Part shown: positions 1-4,501 of the stretch, piece by piece
Numbering within the stretch: position 1 is the first letter of the stretch
How the letters are laid out: each line of letters starts with the position of its first letter
DNA from: a virus
Virus record (IMG/VR): IMGVR_UViG_3300038540_000012
Location: 1-5,226 of that record
DNA: 5,226 nucleotides
Strand: one strand, 5' to 3'
Notes under the pieces: generated by a model
What the model was told of the DNA's origin: nothing
Seen by the model: only the letters and a program-made list of their open reading frames with translations
The model's database searches: none
Position numbers and translations under genes: made by a program

Positions 1-107
1 GTAAAATATATACATAAACAAGATACAATAAACAAACACTATAAAAGTAAAATACTGGTTAGTAATGGAATAGGAAAAGGTTATATCAATAGTAAAGAAG
101 CAGAAAG
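1..107. repeat. Terminal direct repeat, copy 1. It is identical to 5120..5226 and marks the overlap of a circular genome.
   Basis: Base-by-base reading shows 1..107 (gtaaaatatatacataaacaag...agtaaagaagcagaaag) repeated exactly at 5120..5226. The repeat lies inside one continuous reading frame (Rep), as expected when a circular molecule is linearised with overlap. Confidence 0.95.
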
Positions 108-468
108 AAATAAATATAAAGCAAACGGAAAAACGATAGAAACGTATAAAACGAGAACAGGTCACGATATTGCAATGCCAATATATTGGAGAAATCATAT
201 ATATAGCGAAGAAGAAAGGGAAAAGTTATGGATAGAAAAATTAGACACAAATGAAAGATATGTAGGAGGGGAAAAAATAAACATCAAACATAATGAGGAA
301 GAGTATTACGGATTGGTAAAATGGTATCAAGCTAAAAGCGAAAGGTTAGGATATGGAAAAGGGAAAACGGATTGGAATGAAAAAGAATACGAGGAACAGC
401 GTAGAGATATAATGAATGAAATTAGAGAAAAAAGAGCCGACGCTCAAGAGAGTGGGCTTGCGGGCTGA
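1..468 (+). CDS. VP4: Replication initiation protein (rolling-circle Rep, Microviridae VP4 / phiX174 gpA-like), C-terminal part. It is 5'-truncated by the window start and continues from 4502..5119 across the circular junction.
   Basis: Frame 1 is open from base 1 to the TGA at 466..468. The track ORF 175..468 is only its last internal Met onward. Translation starts VKYIHKQDTINKHYKSKILVSNGIGKGY..., and its first residues complete motif 3 (YIVKYIHK). With a 5119-nt unit, the frame is continuous with 4502..5119, giving 206 codons followed by 155 codons plus the stop, or 361 aa in total. Confidence 0.9.
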   Translation, partial: VKYIHKQDTINKHYKSKILVSNGIGKGYINSKEAERNKYKANGKTIETYKTRTGHDIAMPIYWRNHIYSEEEREKLWIEKLDTNERYVGGEKINIKHNEEEYYGLVKWYQAKSERLGYGKGKTDWNEKEYEEQRRDIMNEIREKRADAQESGLAG

Positions 469-480
469 AAAAGCCCCGCG
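454..480 (+). other. GC-rich stem-loop spanning the Rep stop codon. Role unknown; it could be a terminator or an ssDNA structural signal.
   Basis: In gggcttgcgggctgaaaaagccccgcg there are two alternative helices. gggctt (454..459) can pair with aagccc (471..476), or gcgggct (460..466) can pair with agccccgc (472..479) with a 1-nt bulge. This is the most GC-rich patch I see in an otherwise AT-rich genome. It is followed by an A-run rather than a T-run, so it is not a canonical intrinsic terminator. Confidence 0.35.
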
Positions 481-543
481 AAAAAAGCTTCTACGGAAAA
501 AATTTTGTATAAATAAAAATAAAAGCGTACTATTATAAAAAAA

Positions 544-741
544 ATGAAAGGGGGAATAAAATGGTATAGTATAACAGAGTATGTAGATATATCTACAGGC
601 GAAATCATAAGTAAAAACGAGTACCAGCGAAAAGGGTACAAAACAATAAAAATAAGTAAAACAATTAAAATTGAAAAAAATAATGGAATTATCAAATACA
701 GCAGAGAATGCGAAAAAGACAGACAACTTGAAATCTGGTAG
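544..741 (+). CDS. Small basic hypothetical protein (65 aa), not recognised.
   Basis: ATG at 544, TAG at 739..741. The start sits in an A-rich context (ataaaaaaaATG) like the other genes here. The product is K-rich: I count 14 K/R against 9 D/E, net about +5. It occupies the Rep-to-capsid interval where microviruses carry small accessory or DNA-binding proteins. It overlaps the next ORF by 59 nt in another frame. I recognise no motif. Confidence 0.5.
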   Translation: MKGGIKWYSITEYVDISTGEIISKNEYQRKGYKTIKISKTIKIEKNNGIIKYSRECEKDRQLEIW

Positions 742-1033
742 AGGAATATTAAAAACACAAAGCGGAGATGAAAACATCCCAGACTTAGACAAAGGACAGG
801 AATTAATCGAAAGGGAAAAAATATATAATAGTCCATTTGAACTAATCGGAAATCAAGAAATAGGATATTGGATAGCGTTAGGAGCATTTAGAATAAGTGA
901 AAAAGGTACTAAAAGCGAAAAATTAAGAGAAGTAGAGAATAAAGATTGGGATTTAATTATAAATGTATTATGCGCTATTATGGCGGGTAAGGATATGGAA
1001 GAAGCACAAAAAGCATTAACCAAACAAGCATAA
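683..1033 (+). CDS. Hypothetical protein (116 aa from ATG 683, or 120 aa if the TTG at 671 is used), apparently translationally coupled to the capsid gene.
   Basis: The frame is open from 671 to the TAA at 1031..1033. The track start at 671 is TTG, and the first ATG is 683 (MELSNTAENAKK...). The stop is 2 nt before the VP1 ATG (gcaTAAaaATG). This ORF is long for AT-rich DNA, where stop codons are frequent. No family is recognised, and the only hydrophobic stretches are short (GYWIALGAF, WDLIINVLCAIMAG). Confidence 0.6.
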   Translation: MELSNTAENAKKTDNLKSGRGILKTQSGDENIPDLDKGQELIEREKIYNSPFELIGNQEIGYWIALGAFRISEKGTKSEKLREVENKDWDLIINVLCAIMAGKDMEEAQKALTKQA

Positions 1034-1035
1034 AA

Positions 1036-3009
1036 ATGAAAAGAGCAATAGGAAAAAACACTCTTGGAAGTGGAAAAAAAATGGAAGTAGCATTAAAAAA
1101 CTACGAAAGAAGTACACACGATTTAAGTAGAATATGGAGAAGTACAATGGCGTGTGGAACATTGGTACCATTCTTAAAAGAAGTCGGATTAACCGGAGAC
1201 ACGTTTGATATTAATCTGGAAACACACGTATTAACACATCCAACAATAGGACCGTTGTTTGGAAGTTTTAAATTACAATTAGATGTATTTACAGCGGATA
1301 TTAGACTATATCAAGGAAGATTACACAATAACGCATTAAACATTGGTATGAATATGGCTAATATCAAATTGCCTTTATTGGTAATGGATACAGAGCCAAT
1401 AGATTGGAATAAACCCGTAAGCAACCAACAAGTAAATCCAAGCAGTATTTTAAAATATATTGGTATTAGCGGAACTGGGTCTAATGGTGCATTAGGAAAT
1501 CAAAGATATTTTAATGCAGTACCATATTTGATGTATGCAGAAATATACAAAAATTATTATGCCAACAAACAGGAAACAAACGGAGTAATCATACATAATA
1601 CTGATGTAGTAAAAAATATTACATTAGTAACAATACAAACAGGAGCAGGAACACCATCTACAGTACCAACCCCAAGAGGATCCTTAAGCTGGGTATTTAC
1701 TGACAATGATACATTAAGTATTACATATAATGATGTACCACCATTAAAAGAGGATGTAATGTTGTTACTAAGTAATGGAACAGGAAATCCTGTAAAGCTG
1801 GTAAACATAGAAGAAATATTTGCAACAATTACAAGTCCAGCACCATCTCCAGGAATAGAAACAATGTATTGCACAGACGTAAAAGAAGAATGGGTAGGGT
1901 GGATGTTAGAGAATTGGCAATATAGAAGCGTAGAAGATGAAACTAAACCACAGCTATATAAATTTCCATTGGCCAACATTGATACAATGCGAGAGGACAT
2001 ATTGACAGCAACCAAAACAGCAACACCGTTTTATGTAAATACCGGAAGTATAGAACCTTACAATTTACCACTATTAATGAGTGGTTCAATTTGGAGTAGA
2101 ACGGTAAGCCAAGAAGGATTATTTATTAAAACCTATCAAAGTGATATTTTTAACAATTGGATTAAGACAGAATGGATAAGTGGTAGTAACAGTATCAATG
2201 ATATTACTAAAATAGATACAAGCGGAGGAAATTTCACAATAGACACACTAATCATTAAAAGAAAAGTGTATAATATGTTGAATGCAATAGCAGTAAGCGG
2301 AGGAAGTTATGATGATTGGTTGGATATCAATTGGAGCGAAGAAAGATATAGCAAACCCGAAAGTCCAGTATATCACGGAGGACTAAGTAAAGAAATTGTA
2401 TTCCAAGAAATTATCAGTAATTCAGCAACAACAGCAGAGGGAGGTCAACCGTTAGGAACATTAGCGGGAAGAGGTGTCCTGAGTAAAAAACACAAGGGTG
2501 GATATGTTAGAATAAAATGTAATGAGCCTTGTTATGTTATGGGAATTGTAAGTATAACGCCAAGGATTGACTACTCACAAGGAAATGATTGGGATATGAG
2601 TTTGACTAATATGGATGATTTCCATAAACCAGCGTTAGACGGAATAGGATTTCAAGATAGAATAACAGATCAAATGGCTTGGTGGGATACAGGATGTACA
2701 GCTGGAGGCGTATTGACATATAAAAGTGCTGGAAAACAACCGGCATGGCTTAATTATATGACAAGTTATAACAGAGTGTTTGGAAACTTTGCAATTGAGG
2801 GAAACCAAATGTTCATGGTCCTAAATAGAAATTACGAGTACAACAAAACAACAAAAACAATAAGCGATTTAACAACGTATATAGACCCAAGCAAGTATAA
2901 TAATATATTTGCATACACAAAAAGAGATGCTCAAAACTTTTGGGTTCAAATAGGGATTAATATGGAAGTAAGAAGAAAAATGAGTGCAAAAATAATGCCT
3001 CAAGGTTAA
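1036..3009 (+). CDS. VP1: Major capsid protein (Microviridae VP1 / phiX174 F-like), 657 aa.
   Basis: This is the largest ORF. The N-terminal block YERSTHDLSRIWRSTMACGTLVPFLKEVGLTGDTFDI matches the conserved microvirus pattern RS.fdlS...G.L.P....v.PGDtf. The block SGGSYDDWLDINWSEERYSKPESPVYHGG (2296..2382) followed by PLGTLAGRG matches the conserved G.rY.e.....fg......rl.rPe.lGG ... lG.laG.g blocks of F/VP1 capsid proteins. Confidence 0.93.
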   Translation: MKRAIGKNTLGSGKKMEVALKNYERSTHDLSRIWRSTMACGTLVPFLKEVGLTGDTFDINLETHVLTHPTIGPLFGSFKLQLDVFTADIRLYQGRLHNNALNIGMNMANIKLPLLVMDTEPIDWNKPVSNQQVNPSSILKYIGISGTGSNGALGNQRYFNAVPYLMYAEIYKNYYANKQETNGVIIHNTDVVKNITLVTIQTGAGTPSTVPTPRGSLSWVFTDNDTLSITYNDVPPLKEDVMLLLSNGTGNPVKLVNIEEIFATITSPAPSPGIETMYCTDVKEEWVGWMLENWQYRSVEDETKPQLYKFPLANIDTMREDILTATKTATPFYVNTGSIEPYNLPLLMSGSIWSRTVSQEGLFIKTYQSDIFNNWIKTEWISGSNSINDITKIDTSGGNFTIDTLIIKRKVYNMLNAIAVSGGSYDDWLDINWSEERYSKPESPVYHGGLSKEIVFQEIISNSATTAEGGQPLGTLAGRGVLSKKHKGGYVRIKCNEPCYVMGIVSITPRIDYSQGNDWDMSLTNMDDFHKPALDGIGFQDRITDQMAWWDTGCTAGGVLTYKSAGKQPAWLNYMTSYNRVFGNFAIEGNQMFMVLNRNYEYNKTTKTISDLTTYIDPSKYNNIFAYTKRDAQNFWVQIGINMEVRRKMSAKIMPQG

Positions 3010-3019
3010 CTAATAAATT

Positions 3020-3056
3020 TAGTATTTCCCTGGTTAAAATAGCCAGGGAAATACTA
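3020..3056 (+). terminator. Perfect 14-bp inverted repeat (hairpin) just downstream of the capsid gene. It may be a transcription terminator or attenuator, or an ssDNA structural element.
   Basis: tagtatttccctgg (3020..3033) is the exact reverse complement of ccagggaaatacta (3043..3056), with a 9-nt loop ttaaaatag. It starts 11 nt after the VP1 stop. There is no clean U-tract after it (taaataatagc), so terminator function is uncertain. Confidence 0.4.
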
Positions 3057-3086
3057 TAAATAATAGCAAATAAAAATTTAGAAAAA

Positions 3087-3455
3087 ATGTATAAAAAAAC
3101 AGAATATGGTACCAGTAATTTAGAGATAAATGAAAGTACAGTGGGAGAAACTATAGAAATGAAAGTTGAAAGAATTGTAAATAATGGAGAGGGAGTTGAG
3201 GACGGAGCACCGAGTATTTACACAGAGAGAGCAATGGGAATAATGCCAGAGTATGACATCAGAACGGACAAATGGGATTTAGCATTGGATGCAATGGATA
3301 AGGTACACAAACAGGATGTAAAGAAAAGAATGACAAGTATAGAAGAAAGACAAAAAGCATTGGATGAAATGAAAAAAAAGGATAACAATAATGACGTTCA
3401 AAACGTAGATAATAAGGGAGAAAATGGAGGAGAAACTGGAGGAGTTACAGCATAG
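3087..3455 (+). CDS. Small acidic hypothetical protein (122 aa). It may be an internal scaffolding or minor structural protein, judged from position and composition only.
   Basis: ATG at 3087, TAG at 3453..3455. The product is rich in E/D/K and has a charged, probably helical segment (KRMTSIEERQKALDEMKKKD) and a Gly/Asn-rich tail (NKGENGGETGGVTA). It lies between the capsid and pilot genes. I do not see the F..LP...R..F.NDP-type motif that I recall from gokushovirus VP3 scaffolds, so the functional call is weak. Confidence 0.65.
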   Translation: MYKKTEYGTSNLEINESTVGETIEMKVERIVNNGEGVEDGAPSIYTERAMGIMPEYDIRTDKWDLALDAMDKVHKQDVKKRMTSIEERQKALDEMKKKDNNNDVQNVDNKGENGGETGGVTA

Positions 3456-3505
3456 CTGAAAAAAGAGTGCGACAATAACTCAAAATATTGATAAACAATA
3501 AGTTA

Positions 3506-3559
3506 AAAGAAGAGTACGCACGTCTACTTAATTATGAACTAAGGTGGGTACTCTTTTTT
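3506..3559 (+). terminator. Long imperfect hairpin ending in a T6 run, in the largest intergenic region. It may be a terminator or a candidate origin or regulatory structure.
   Basis: aaagaagagtac (3506..3517) pairs with gtactctttttt (3548..3559), giving 12 bp with one G-T wobble. Further pairs are possible inside the 30-nt loop (cac/gtg and ctta/taag). The 3' arm runs into T6, then A8. A third, direct copy of the arm motif (aagagtgc) sits at 3462..3469. Confidence 0.4.
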
Positions 3560-3603
3560 AAAAAAAAGAAGCGAAAAAATTGAACAATTAAATAAATAAA
3601 ATT

Positions 3604-4500
3604 ATGGCATTAGGGGAAATAATAGGAGGTCAAGCATTAGGATTAATGTTAGGTGGCTACAACGATGATAGACAGAGGAGACAGCAAGAAGCATTAACAG
3701 ATATTCAAGTAAGAGGTCAAAAAGATATGGCAAACTACAACAGAGAGTTAGCGATGAAAACTTGGGAGGAAACAAATTATGATGCACAAAAGAAACAAAT
3801 GGAAAAAGCAGGGTTAAACGTAGGTTTGATGTATGGAGGTGGAGGAGCCGGTGGAGGAACAGTAAACAGCGGAGGAGGTGGAAGCGTAGGAAGTGGAACA
3901 GCAGACGGAGGAACGGCAAGAACAGCAATGGGAATGCAATTAGCAAGTCAAATTGCATTATTAGATGCACAAAAAAGAAATGTTGATGCTGATACGGCGA
4001 ATAAGTTAGCGGGTGCGGGTAAAGATAAAGCTTTAGCAGATAACACAAATGTAGACACAGAGGGAAAAACAATAGATGTAAATATTAAAAAGAATACTCA
4101 AGATGATGCAGAGAAAAAAATAACATTCGATGCAGAAAAAGCATTCCACCAAGCAAAAAGAGAAGCTACAGGCGCAGAAGTAGATTTGCAAACACAACAA
4201 GCTGAAATAACAAAAAGAAGAAATGAAGCAATAGGGTCGGGAATAGATAATGAAGTAGCTAAATTAGGTATGAACTTAGATAGAAGAAAAGTAAATGCAA
4301 TTGAAGAAAGCGTAAGAATAGCATGGGAAAAACTAATGTTAGAAAAAAGAGAAGTAACAGTTAAAGAATTGGCACAAGCAGCACAAGAAAGCTATATGAG
4401 AAACAGCAATATTAAAAGAGGAGAGGAGTTAGACCAAAGACAATGGGAAGCAATAAGTAATGCAACAATCGGAGCAGTAGGTATGGCAATAAGAAAATAA
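3604..4500 (+). CDS. VP2: DNA pilot / minor capsid protein (Microviridae VP2, phiX174 H-like), 298 aa.
   Basis: The N-terminus is a small-residue, glycine-zipper-like hydrophobic segment (MALGEIIGGQALGLMLGGY), reminiscent of the phiX174 H N-terminus (MFGAIAGGIASALAGG...). A poly-Gly tract follows (YGGGGAGGGTVNSGGGGSVGSGTADGG), then a long charged, Q/A/K/E-rich region that looks helical or coiled-coil, and a short hydrophobic C-terminus (IGAVGMAIRK). It has the expected size and sits immediately upstream of rep. The TAA at 4498..4500 is 1 nt before the Rep ATG. Confidence 0.8.
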   Translation: MALGEIIGGQALGLMLGGYNDDRQRRQQEALTDIQVRGQKDMANYNRELAMKTWEETNYDAQKKQMEKAGLNVGLMYGGGGAGGGTVNSGGGGSVGSGTADGGTARTAMGMQLASQIALLDAQKRNVDADTANKLAGAGKDKALADNTNVDTEGKTIDVNIKKNTQDDAEKKITFDAEKAFHQAKREATGAEVDLQTQQAEITKRRNEAIGSGIDNEVAKLGMNLDRRKVNAIEESVRIAWEKLMLEKREVTVKELAQAAQESYMRNSNIKRGEELDQRQWEAISNATIGAVGMAIRK

Positions 4501-4501
4501 T

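Noticed and set aside
1-107. Terminal repeats considered as biological direct terminal repeats, LTRs or transposon ends.
   Set aside because: The repeat lies within a single continuous ORF and splits the Rep catalytic motif. That is the signature of an assembled circular genome with overlap, not of functional terminal repeats.
175-468. Track ORF of 97 aa considered as an independent gene.
   Set aside because: The frame is open all the way to base 1 and joins 4502..5119 across the circular junction. This ORF is only the C-terminal part of Rep, starting from an internal Met.
505-539. Sigma70-like hexamers TTGTAT (505..510) and TACTAT (528..533), 17 nt apart, upstream of the 544 ORF. TTGAAC/TTGATA words also occur in the 3456..3603 gap.
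   Set aside because: Each matches only 4 of 6 consensus positions, and such words are expected by chance in DNA this AT-rich. If the host is Bacteroidota the relevant consensus differs (TTTG / TAnnTTTG), and I see no clear match to that. This is not supportable as a called promoter.
346-887. Two long minus-strand ORFs (346..792, 148 aa; 444..887, 147 aa).
   Set aside because: The products are low-complexity F/L/I/S-rich strings. The + strand is strongly purine/A-rich, so its complement is pyrimidine-rich and naturally depleted in TAA/TAG/TGA, which gives long spurious antisense ORFs. They overlap each other as well as the Rep 3' end and the + strand small ORFs. Microviridae are transcribed from one strand only.
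1557-2015. Minus-strand ORF of 152 aa, antisense to VP1.
   Set aside because: Same compositional artefact. It lies entirely inside the well-supported capsid gene, and I see no start context or recognisable motifs.
3835-3915. GGA/GGT-rich low-complexity stretch that resembles a tandem nucleotide repeat.
   Set aside because: It is in frame within VP2 and encodes the poly-Gly linker. It has no regular repeat unit, so it is coding low complexity rather than a satellite or CRISPR-like array.
3602-4072. Minus-strand ORF of 156 aa, antisense to the pilot gene.
   Set aside because: The product is an L/F/H/P-rich low-complexity translation of the complement of the Gly/Lys/Glu-rich VP2 codons. It is an artefact of strand bias.
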